Assembly: GCA_040954595.2 (NCBI GenBank)
Contig: CM082593.2
Coordinates: 9,309,200-9,373,199, forward strand
DNA from: Balanoglossus misakiensis
Taxonomy: Eukaryota; Animalia; Hemichordata
Length of the DNA: 64,000 nt
Reading direction: 5' to 3'
Below are positions 1 to 10,373 of the stretch, one piece after another; position 1 is the stretch's first letter, and each line of letters begins with the position of its first letter. The translations under genes and the position numbers were made by a program. Below the pieces are notes generated by a model that did not search any database, was not told where the DNA came from, and was given only the letters and a program-made list of their open reading frames with translations.

Positions 1-793
1 CGTCGCTGTTCACTAAATATTCTATCTTTAATTTCTTCTTGCCGTAAGTCTTCTTATTCCCCACTTCACTATTCCTGTCTGGTGTCTTTTCATTTGACTG
101 AAGGTGAAAAGTGTAAAGACGTTGTTAATGCGCTTGACACACATGCAGTAAATAATAAGGTGTAAATATAAATATGTGAACAGCGTCAACAAGGTTATTA
201 TGTTCAAATACTAGTATATGATGATGCGGACAAACAACTTTGCTCACTGGACGATGCTGACATGGTCATGGTAATTATCTGATCACATGCTTTGTTTATC
301 AACGTACACCCAGGTATTTCAGGCTATAACTATGGCGAAAACTGTGTGTAATGCTATTCAACCGGACTTAGAAACGTGTGAAAAGTTGCTCCTAGTGACG
401 GTATGGTGTTCGCATGTCAAAGTTCCGCGAACACAGTGTATGTACACACTGGCATTTCATTTCGATGGCACTCCATTTCTTCCAGATAATACAAAAAACA
501 CAATCAATGCATGTTCTAAACACACTACGACCAATTCAAATTATCATGAAAATGTATTACCGTTGATGGTTGCTCCATTATCCTGCCCGGGATTAAAGAC
601 TAGGTCGATTATCCACGCAACAGAAGATAGACCGTCGACCGCCATGTGATGTTCCATAACATAACCTGGGTCAGATGACGTGACCTTTGTTCAGCTTCCG
701 GCAATCACGTCATATCGCACATGCGCGTTGGAGCTAAACACTAAGTAGCTAATTAGTTGCGCATACGCAAGTCGCTAAATTTGGAGGTTTGTC

Positions 794-1681
794 CTACTGC
801 TTACTGATAACATGACCCCAAAATTTAACACTCTTTCTCATAAATTGACATTTGCTGGGTTTTAATTTCAATCCAGCTTGACGTAACCTGGTTTGGACAG
901 TATCAATGTGTTGTAGATGCTCCTCAAAAGAGCTGCTTAATATAAAAATATCATCAATATAACAAAGCACATATTGCCACATAATATTGCGTAACACGTG
1001 TTGCATAGTACGCTGAAAACAACTGCACTTATGTACGAATTTCTTATTAACTGCTGGTTTAACAGGAGGTGTGTATAAATATACAGGATCCCCCACTTTA
1101 AGATTTTGCGACCGTTGGATATTTTTATCATAACGGTCCTTCATATTCTGTTGATATCGATCTGTATTCTCTTTGGCGATTTTATGAGCTATCTCCCTTT
1201 TAGCAGCTAAATGTTTAAGGTGTGTATCTATATTTCTTGTCCTCCCCTCAACTAGCTGGAATTCAACATCCATGGGCAATGTGGGATGCCGACCTTATAA
1301 CACATAATACGGGCTGAACCCACTGGACTCTTGAGGACTAACTCTATACGCGAAAAGCACTGAACTTAGGTACCGATACCAATCTTTCTGTTTATTATCG
1401 ACAAACATGGACAGCATGTCGACTAGGCAACCATTGAAACGTTCTGTAAGGCCATTGGTCTGTGGACGATAAGGGGTAGAAACTTTACTCTGAATGTTGA
1501 AATATTTGCAGGTTTCGTGAACTACCTGGGATAAAAAAAATCGATCCCTCATTACTCAGCAAAACTCTGGGGCTTCCATAAGTAGCAATTACTTCATCAA
1601 ATAAGATCTTAGCAACTGTCTCAGCTCGTGCATTACGTAATGGATATGCTAATGAAAACTTTGTAAAGTAATGAGTAAGTA
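794..1681 (-). pseudogene. Degraded Ty3/Gypsy pol fragments (integrase core and C-terminus, then an RT fragment)
   Basis: Integrase motifs TPYRPQTNGLTERFN, LFAYRVSPQESSGFSPY and YGSPRVLLSN; RT motif LCYIDDIFI..LKLKPSKC; frameshifted across ORFs 1485-1706, 1295-1552 and 794-1279. Confidence 0.9.
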
Positions 1682-2217
1682 CAACAGTATAGAAAACATT
1701 TTCCAATTTCCGAAAAACCTCTTTTTTACATAATTACTGCTGAAAAAGTTAGAAATTTATGAAAATATTCCCCATTCTTTGCCAATTTCTAATTAAAAAA
1801 TTACATAATGGTATTCTTAGTCTCCCTCCTGCAGCTGTACAGCAGGAAAAATGCATTTTGTCATATTTTGGCTTTAAACTAAAATTAAAATTTATCTGTG
1901 AAATAACTGAGTCTCCTTCAAAGCCACGTACATGACAGTCCTTTTGATTTTTTTCTAATGAAATTTTGTCTCCATGTTTATCATGAGTAATATTTCTATT
2001 GAAAATTTGCAAGTGTGTGAATTGTTTGTAAAATTTCGCCAGAAAAAACAATAGCATCAAAAAGTAAATCTGAAACCCAATATTTATTACAAGAATTGTT
2101 AGATTAATATCCGTATCACACAAATCCGTTGGATTTCGTATGAATTTTAGGAAATAAGCACTGCTCATTGACAAATCCATATTTTGCGGCTGAAATACTT
2201 GGAAAAGAGTCAGTGGC

Positions 2218-3007
2218 ATGTGAGAGCTTGGAAATTTCCAAGTACTGACAAGGGTCAGTGGTCGGAAATTTCCAGACACTCAGGGAATGTGAGAGTCTGG
2301 AAATTTCCAAGCACTGACAAGGGTCAGTGGTCGGAAATTTCCAGACACTCAGGGAATGTGAGAGCCTGGAAATTTCCAAGCACTGACAAGGGTCAGTGGT
2401 CGGAAATTTCCAGACACTCAGGGAATATGAGAGCCTGGAAATTTCCAAGCACTGACAAGGGTCAGTGGTCGGAAATTTCCAGACACTCAGGGAATATGAG
2501 AGCCTGGAAATTTCCAAGCACTGACAAGGGTCAGTGGTCGAAAATTTCCAGACACTCAGGGAATGTGAGAGCTTAGAAATATCCAAGCACTGACAAGGGT
2601 CAGTGGCTGGAAATATCCAGACACTCGAGGAATGCGAGAGCCTGGAAATTTCCAAGCACTGACAGGTCAGTGGCTGGAAATATCCAGACACTCAGGGAAT
2701 GTGAGAGCCTGGAAATTTCCAAGCACTGACAAGGGTCAGTGGTCGGAAATTTCCTGACACTCAGGGAATGTGAGAGCCTGGAAATTTCCAAGCACTGACA
2801 AGGGTCAGTGGTCGGAAATTTCCAGACACTCAGGGAATGTGAGAGCTTAGAAATTTCCAAGCACTGACAAGGGTCAGTGGTCGGAAATTTCCAGACACTC
2901 AGGGAATGTGAGAGCTTAGAAATTTCCAAGCACAGACAAGGGTCAGTGGTCGGAAATTTCCAGACACTCAGGGAATGTGAGAGCCTTGAACTTTCCAAGC
3001 ACTGACA
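2218..3007 (+). repeat. 69-bp minisatellite array, about 11 units (left arm)
   Basis: Unit CAGGGAATGTGAGAGCCTGGAAATTTCCAAGCACTGACAAGGGTCAGTGGTCGGAAATTTCCAGACACT; 23-aa periodicity in the ORF track. Confidence 0.95.
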
Positions 3008-3079
3008 TGGTCGCGGTAGTCCTCTGTACATGTCTGCGTTCTCCCGGCGTTTAATACACGGCTTCCACCACATCTCTGC

Positions 3080-3467
3080 AAGGCTCCATGGACAAAACTG
3101 ATTCGTCTGAGATCCGGATCCGGACAGCAGCTTTTCGGCCGAGATTGGATTTTATCGGGGGGAATCTTTCCCCCGTCTACACACAAATGACTCCAAATAT
3201 GATGTAATTAACTTCCGAGCCACTCGCTTTCTGATTTTCTCTTGTGTTTACCTGTTGAGATCGCCATATTGAATACAGTCAGGTTATCTCAATGGGTAAA
3301 CACAAAAGTTTCAGAAAGCGAGCGGTTCGGATGTTAGAAGAAGTCAATCGCGGTTATAACCGGTTAGTAGACAGGGAAAGGATATTCTCCCGATAAAATC
3401 GAATTTCGGCGAAGAGCTCTGGTACGGATCTGGACCGCAGACGCACCAGGTTTGTCTAAGGAGCCTT
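3080..3467. repeat. Degenerate ~390-bp inverted repeat (old MITE or central hairpin)
   Basis: Paired segments AAGGCTCC/GGAGCCTT, TTTATCGGG..CCCCGTCTAC/GTAGACAGGG..CCCGATAAA, CTCGCTTTCTGA/TCAGAAAGCGAG and TGTGTTTACC/GGTAAACACA. Confidence 0.75.
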
Positions 3468-3918
3468 AGCGTCACAATGTTCATGACAGGCTTCGCCTAC
3501 CAACTCCTCTGAGTTAGCCCATACACTAGTTGTTTATTGGGAATTGGTATTGTTTATCTGACACAATTGTTCTTTCTACTCTGTATACAAAGTCACAACT
3601 TCACAACTACCAAATGCTATTGTTCTTGAATTATGCAGTGTTACCAAATGTCACAGTTCAAACCACTGTATATAAAGAAGTATTGCCATCCCGCCCCTCT
3701 CTCTTCATTCCGAACCTATTCCCAAGTGTACGCGGTACATTTGTTGGTGCCGAGACCAGGATGTCGGGCATGGAGAGAGAGAGAAGAACAGCAGAAGAGG
3801 CCACCGCAGTCAAACGACCAAACTCATCCGTAGGGTTGAAGATATAAATACAGGCGAAGTTCCTCAACAGATCGTTTTCCTAAAGGCCATAATTTGAAAC
3901 ATGATAGAGAAACTCAAG

Positions 3919-4312
3919 ATTTCCAAGCACTGACCCTGTCAATGCTTGGAAATTTCCAGGCTCTCACATTCCCCGAGCGTCTGGATATTTCCGGCCACTA
4001 ACCCTGTCAGTGCTTGGAAATTTCTAGGCTCTCACATTCCCTGAGTGTCTGGAAATTTCCGACCACTGACCCTTGTCAGTGCTTGGAAATTTCTAAGCTC
4101 TCACATTCCCTGAGTGTCTGGAAATTTCCGACCACTGACCCTTGTCAGTGCTTGGAAATTTCCAGGCTCTCACATTCCCTGAGTGTCTGGAAATTTCCGA
4201 CCACTGACCCTTGTCAGTGCTTGGAAATTTCCAGGCTCTCACATTCCCTGAGTGTCTGGAAATTTCCGACCACTGACAAGGGTCAGTGGTCGGAAATTTC
4301 CAGACACTGACC
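3919..4312 (-). repeat. 69-bp minisatellite array, about 5 units, inverted relative to 2218-3007
   Basis: Reverse complement of the same unit; ends in a near-perfect ~54-bp palindrome at about 4253-4306. Confidence 0.95.
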
Positions 4313-4608
4313 CTCCTGGAGTGACTAGCAATTTTTGCAAATTGTACTATTAATTGAATTCATAATTTAATTATTAGTTTTTTTTCAATGAAATATTCAA
4401 ATCCATACAACCCAAAGATGGCTCCTTCATTATTTCTATGGAAATTTCACAGTTTATTCTTTTCTTTCTGCACACTCGCAAACATCTTGAAAATAATCAT
4501 AGAAAAATATCGAAATATATTGTACTGTGAACAAAACACTAATTTCCTTGAAAAAAGTTAAAAAAACGGCTACTTTTCGGAAATTGGAAAATGTTTTCTA
4601 TACTGTTG

Positions 4609-4760
4609 TACTAAGAAGTAAAGTAATGAGTAAGTACTAATATGTATTTATGACCATCATAAGTTCTAGGGAGGGGTCCCACAATATCCATACCCAGTCG
4701 GTCCCAGGGTCCTGAAACTGGAATTGGTAACAACTTAGCATGAGTAGGGTGTGTTGTTCT
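4609..4760 (-). pseudogene. Upstream continuation of the degraded Gypsy integrase
   Basis: LLPIPVSGPWDRLGMDIVGPLPRTYDGHKYILVLTHYFT is the integrase N-core with the first catalytic Asp. Confidence 0.9.
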
Positions 4761-7002
4761 CACACACAAAAAATAGAAAAAAAGTGGTCTCGAACCAAGA
4801 TCAGTTGACACCTTCAGGTAAAAGGCTAGCCTTCCTGAAACCATTCGCCATCACGATGTGTACTCGAAAAAGTCGGAAATTTTCCGCACTATATTGCAGC
4901 ATTACTCCAATGATCTTATTTGCACCGCAGCGATGCATATACGAGTTCCCTGCACCGCAGCGGTGCGAATAAGAGTTTCCTACCCCGCAACGATCTGACC
5001 GTTCTTTATTCACTCCTCGGCGACAAAAATGTTTTATTACGGCCTAAATAACGACTTTTTCGCTCCTTGGTTGGTCATGCGGACGGAAAGACACGGTTTT
5101 AGCGAGTTTATTTTTCTCTCTGCTGAGCACTCCGTATTCAGACTTGCCCAAGTGAACCACGACAAAAAATGACCAAGTTTCCCTGCATGTTTCTTGTACC
5201 CGACAGATAAAAAACGCAGCGTAGATATTGAAATGAATTGGATTTATGAAAATGATAAAAATTACAATGGTAATGTCGTTAAAAGTTCTCACAAAAAAAA
5301 ATAGAAAAAAAAGTGGTCACGAACGGACATCAGTTGACACCTTCAGGTAAAAGGCTAGCCTTCCTGAACCATTCGCCATCACGATGTGTACTCGAAAAAG
5401 TCGGAAATTTTCCGCACTATATTGCAGCATAACTCCAATGATCTTATTTGCACCGCAGCGGTGCAAATAAGAGTTCCCTGCACCGCAGCGGTGCAAAATA
5501 AGAGTTCTCTGCACCGCAACGATCTGACCGTTCTTTATTCACTCCTCGGCGAAAAAACGTTTTATTACGGCCTAAATAACGACTTTTTCGCTCCTTGGTT
5601 GGTCATGCGGACGGAAAAAAAGGGTTTTAGCGAGTTTATCTTTCTCTCTCCAGAACACTCCGTATTCAGACTTGCCCAAGTGAACCACGACAAAAATATG
5701 ACCATGTTTCCCTGCATGTTTCTTATACCCGACAGATAAAAAATGCAGCGTTGATATTGCAATGAATTGGCTTTATGAAAATGACGTAAATTACACTGAT
5801 AATGTCGTTAAAAATTTTCACACAAAAAAAGAAATAAAAAAAAAATGTGGTCTCGAACCAACATCAGTTGACACCTTCAGGTAAAAGGCTAGCCTTCCTG
5901 AACTATTCGACATCACGATGTGTACTCGAAAAAGTCGGAAATTTTCCGCACTATATTGCAGCATAACTCCAATGATCTTATTTGCACCGCAGCGGTGCAA
6001 ATACGAGTTACCTGCACCGCAGCGGTGCGAAGAAGAGTTCCCTATCCCGCAACGATCTGACCGTTCTTTATTCACTCCTCGGGGACAAAAACGTTTTATT
6101 ACGGCCTAAATAACGACTTTTTCGCTCCTTGGTTGGTCATGCGGACGGAAAGACACGGTTTTAGCGAGTTTATTTTTCTCTCTACTGAGTACTCCGTATT
6201 CAGACTTGCCCAAGTGAACCGCGACAAAAAATGACCAAGTTTCCCTGCATGTTTCTTATACCCGACAGATAAAAAACGCAGCGTAGATATTGAAATTAAT
6301 TGGATTTATGAAAATGATAAAAATTACAACTGCAATGTCGTTAAAAGTTCTCTCAACAAAAAATAGAAAAAAAAGTGGTCTCGAACCAACATCAGTTGAC
6401 ACCTTCAGGTAAAAGGCTAGCCTTCCTGAACTATTCGACATCACGATGTGTACTCGAAAAAGTCGGAATTTTTCCGCACTATATTGCAGCATAACTCCAA
6501 TGATCTTATTTGCACTGCAGCGGGCAATACGAGTTCCCTGCACCGCAGCGGTGCGAAGAAGAGTTCCCTACCCCGCAACGGTCTGACCGTTCTTTATTCA
6601 CTCCTCGGGGACAAAAACGTTTTATTACGGCCTAAATAACGACGTTTTCGCTCCTTGGTTGGTCATGCGGACGGAAAGACACGGTTTTAGCTAGTTTATC
6701 TTTCTCTCTGCTGAGCACTCCGTATTCAGACATGCCCAAGTGAACCGCGACAAAAAATGACCAAGTTTCCCTGCATGTTTCTTATACCCGACAGATAAAA
6801 CACGCAGCGTAGATATTGAAATGAATTGGATTTATGAAAATGATAAAAATTACAATGGTAATGTCGTTTAAAGTTCTCAAAAAAAAAAAAAAATAGAAAA
6901 AAAAAATGGTCTCGAACCAACATCAGTTGACACCTTCAGGTAAAAGGTTAGCCTTCCTGAACCCTTCGCCATCACGATGTGTACTCGAAAAGTCGGAAAT
7001 TT
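4760..7002. repeat. Tandem ~530-bp satellite-like repeat, 4 copies plus a partial fifth
   Basis: Units start at about 4760, 5290, 5820, 6352 and 6880; each contains 30-bp subrepeats with the palindrome TGCACCGCAGCGGTGCA. Confidence 0.95.
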
Positions 7003-7223
7003 CACCTCAGTCGATTACACCATTAATAAAAACGCCTAGATAATATTGCTCTCTGTGAAGTATTTAACAAAAGCAGGAAAAACAAATCCTGAGTTAATTA
7101 TGTTTCTGTTGTTTTTACTAAATAATGAAAATAATAATAATTATTATTTCTTATATAGCGCATTACATAATGGACTAAAATCTCAATGCGCTTTACTACA
7201 TGATGAAAAGTACACTAAAAATA

Positions 7224-7865
7224 TGTAACGGCCTTGTTGATCCATTGAATTTGTATACATGTATATCTGTATGTATGTTATACCTGTATCTTATAGTAAT
7301 TAGTTATTCAATTATTCATATGACGTAATAGTACTTACCTTCAATTGGTTGATCTTAATTATATGCAAACCACCTGGAAGTTTCATTTGACCAATGAACA
7401 CAAGCTAATCTGGCACTATGATGTAATTGCTGATATAAAAGGACATGGTGCATAAAATTGGTCAGTTCACCTCTGTAGCCAGACCGGCCACACACGTTGG
7501 AACTGACATGTATTTGTTCCATTTCAGGTTAGTTTCCTTGTACCTTACCTGTTGCTTGAAGCTTTGTATTTTGGTGCATTCTACCGACTCATTTCAGCAC
7601 AAGTAATTGGTGTCTTTAACTTGCGTCAATTTTCCAATTGTATGTCTATATTTTTCACTTGCATGAATTTTGGTGTATTCTGTTGGAGGTGAACTCCCAT
7701 ACATGTGTGTAATTTAGCAGTTCACCTCTGTAGCCAGACCGGCCACACACGTTGGAACTGACATGTATTTGTTCCATTTCAGTTATTAAATGTAAGGCCT
7801 ATGTCTTTGTTACCCGTAACCTGTTTGGTGTGAATATGTTGGAATGAACGGCGACAACCGTGACA
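7224..7865 (+). repeat. 5' LTR
   Basis: TGTAACGG...CCGTGACA; TATAAAA at 7434-7440, TCAGTT initiator at about 7462, ATTAAA at about 7785; identical by eye to the 3' LTR. Confidence 0.97.
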
Positions 7866-7867
7866 AA

Positions 7868-7886
7868 TGGCGTAGTCGGCAGGATT
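7868..7886 (+). promoter_or_regulatory. Primer-binding site, tRNA-Ser
   Basis: TGGCGTAGTCGGCAGGATT is complementary to the eukaryotic tRNA-Ser 3' end ..AATCCTGCCGACTACGCCA; lies 2 nt after the LTR. Confidence 0.9.
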
Positions 7887-8936
7887 TGGCAATTCCTACG
7901 CAAGTTCTTTTTTCGGGACGGAGAGGATGATACTGACAAGTGCCATGTTTTAACTGGTCAGAAGTGTCTGGACAACGGACAACGCCCAACCAGGTGTGTC
8001 TTTCGCTGAGCTGGACGTCCTTGGGGAGCCACCCGGACTGCAGACAGACGGGAGCCAGGTCCAAGCGTCAACGGCGAGGAAAATTCTCTGCAGAGTGCCA
8101 AGTGGTGAAGTCGCTGAACTGTTACCGGCCGGAACTGTTTAGTGTGAAGTGTTCATCGCGGTATACAAGGTATTGTGTGTCCAGAACTTGACAGTGTTAT
8201 TCCGTGCGAAATATAGACAGTGCGCATAAATTCCGTCCGTGGCGCATAGTTTCCATCTGTGATAACTTCTGACTTGAACTTGTGGACTGGGTATTTTATT
8301 GCAAACGAACTTTCTGGTTATTCGCCGTAGAACCTGGTGTAACGTAATGTTTGTAAATTTTTCTTAGAAATTTCAATATTGTCTATATAATGCAATGTGG
8401 TCAAAGTAGTTTTGACTTTGATTTAATTGTTGAAGTGGGCTCCATGTGGATATAAACCCCTGTTTTGTTGCCTTTAGCCTGCTTTAAACGAAAAAAAATA
8501 TATATATAAATTTTATTTTCTTTCAACAGTATATTTTGGTTAAGTGCTGAAGTATAATTTTCTTTGTAAATTTCAGTTCATTATTTTCCAAACGACGTGG
8601 AAAAAAAAATTGTCAGCACTTGTTGAAAAAAAAATATTAAGTTATAAGTTAAATATTGTATATTGACTTGAGTTAGTTTATTATTGTATTAGTTATTTAG
8701 TTGTTTCATTATTATTGAGACTGTCCATGAATGGTCGTATTCATCCAAATCATACATTAGTCTCTATAGAACCTTTGGCAGTGTCTGTAAGCTATTCTAT
8801 GCTTATTTCATTCCCTGTTAACGTATGTGCTATGCCAGTAGATACTGATATTATTGTTAAGATTTTCCAGTGAAATAGCTTGCATTGTATCGTATTTAAC
8901 GACACGTCAGAGTCCTCCCAAATTGCCTCTCATTTT

Positions 8937-10373
8937 ATGGGAAAAAAAATGGCTGTGTCCAAAATATCAATTCAAGAGCGAAGCATTTATGTGCAACACT
9001 TGCCTTTTGAATGTACAAAGAAACATTTTAGAGAATTTATCGAGTTACAGCTTGGTTTGGCCCAGGTTGATCAAATTTATATTTCTGATAAAGATTCCGC
9101 TTTTGTCATATTTGAGAATATAGAATCAGCCACAGCCGCTCTGCCAGTAATACATAAAAGCACTTTTGAAGAAAGCAAATTACGGGCAAGTCGTGTGACC
9201 ACAGCCCGAGGGTTGGAACTGTGGCATTTAATTGAGGAAACCGAACAAAGTACTGGCCTAGATTACAATGAAACCAGTGATCCCAAGACATCCAAACCCA
9301 AAGCAGATGTACAGGAAATTATTAACATGTTGAGTTTACTGTCTGAAGCAGATAGGAAAGCGGTTGCACAGGCCATATCACCTGCTCCACTGAAACCAAT
9401 CGTATCAACCCCTATGCCACAGCCGATTCCATTTCCAGCATTTCCAGTACCAACTTCAGTTGCAGATTCTTCACCATTTATTATGTCTTCACCTGCCCAA
9501 GCAGCTGCTGCACAGCCAGCCACAGCCACTACTGCTTTTCACTCCGTGGAATTCCCAAGAATAGTCGTCTTCTCTGGCAAAGGTGATGTCACTTATGAAA
9601 TGTGGCGATATGAAGTTCGAGCACTACAGAGGGAGAATGTGTTTCCGGAGACCATAATTATGCAGGCTGTTCGGAAATCCCTACGAGCGTCCGCTGCTGA
9701 AGTCCTACTACATATGGGAGAAGACATCACAGTGTCCCGATTGATGGCGAAGATGGACATGGTCTTTGGGAAAGTATTGCCACCGGAAGCAGTTTTGGAA
9801 AAATTCTATACAGCACGACAAACGAAGACAGAAAAGGTAGCAGAATGGGCCTGTCGCATCGAAGGACTTTTGGATGAACTCAGATCAGGTCAGTCCATCT
9901 CTAGTAATTCAGAAGAAACCATGCTTCGAACCAAATTCTTTTCTGGCCTGTCAGATGAGCACATTAAGAATGCAATCAGACACCGATATGATACGGGAGA
10001 AGATTATTCAGGATTGTTGCTAGCCGCAAGAAAGCTTGAAGTAAACAGGGAGACCACTACCAGGGTTCACCAAGCAACTGTTGCTGACAAGACGATGATA
10101 ACCAAAATGGAGGAACTTACCAAAGGTCTGAAGAACTTAGCTGAGAAGGTTGCTGAACTAGAGAAGCGAACTTCAACATCATCAACTCCAGAGTCTACTT
10201 TTCGCCGACGTGTCAACAATGAAAATGGCCGGGATCGGCGTGGCAACGATGGAACTCGCCAACCCAAACAAGTTTTCCCAGGCAACTGCTTCAAGTGTGG
10301 TGAACATGGACACAAAAAGACAGACTGTCCTTTAAATGGGGAGCGACCAGGCATCCGGAGGGACATGCGCTAG
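8937..10373 (+). CDS. gag: Gag (N-terminal RRM-like domain, PNMA-like capsid, CCHC knuckle)
   Basis: First ATG at 8937 (alternative 8949); IYVQHL and SAFVIF RNP-like motifs; FSGKGDVTYEMWRYEV; CFKCGEHGHKKTDC. Confidence 0.93.
   Translation: MGKKMAVSKISIQERSIYVQHLPFECTKKHFREFIELQLGLAQVDQIYISDKDSAFVIFENIESATAALPVIHKSTFEESKLRASRVTTARGLELWHLIEETEQSTGLDYNETSDPKTSKPKADVQEIINMLSLLSEADRKAVAQAISPAPLKPIVSTPMPQPIPFPAFPVPTSVADSSPFIMSSPAQAAAAQPATATTAFHSVEFPRIVVFSGKGDVTYEMWRYEVRALQRENVFPETIIMQAVRKSLRASAAEVLLHMGEDITVSRLMAKMDMVFGKVLPPEAVLEKFYTARQTKTEKVAEWACRIEGLLDELRSGQSISSNSEETMLRTKFFSGLSDEHIKNAIRHRYDTGEDYSGLLLAARKLEVNRETTTRVHQATVADKTMITKMEELTKGLKNLAEKVAELEKRTSTSSTPESTFRRRVNNENGRDRRGNDGTRQPKQVFPGNCFKCGEHGHKKTDCPLNGERPGIRRDMR

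Larger units (their letters stand above)
1682..4608. mobile_element. Non-autonomous TIR (foldback-like) DNA element inserted into the Gypsy integrase
   Basis: ~35-bp TIRs CAACAGTATAGAAAACATTTTCCAATTTCCGAAA..; TA at 1680-1681 and 4609-4610; integrase peptide ILVLTHYFT continues across the insertion; no transposase ORF. Confidence 0.85.

Noticed and set aside
2218-4312. CRISPR-like palindromic repeats and repetitive 23-aa ORFs
   Set aside because: No unique spacers, no cas genes and a eukaryotic context; the ORFs are a by-product of a 69-bp unit
4751-6923. Repeated small ORFs (HRCGANKIIGVMLQY..)
   Set aside because: Inconsistent starts and stops among satellite units; no recognisable domain
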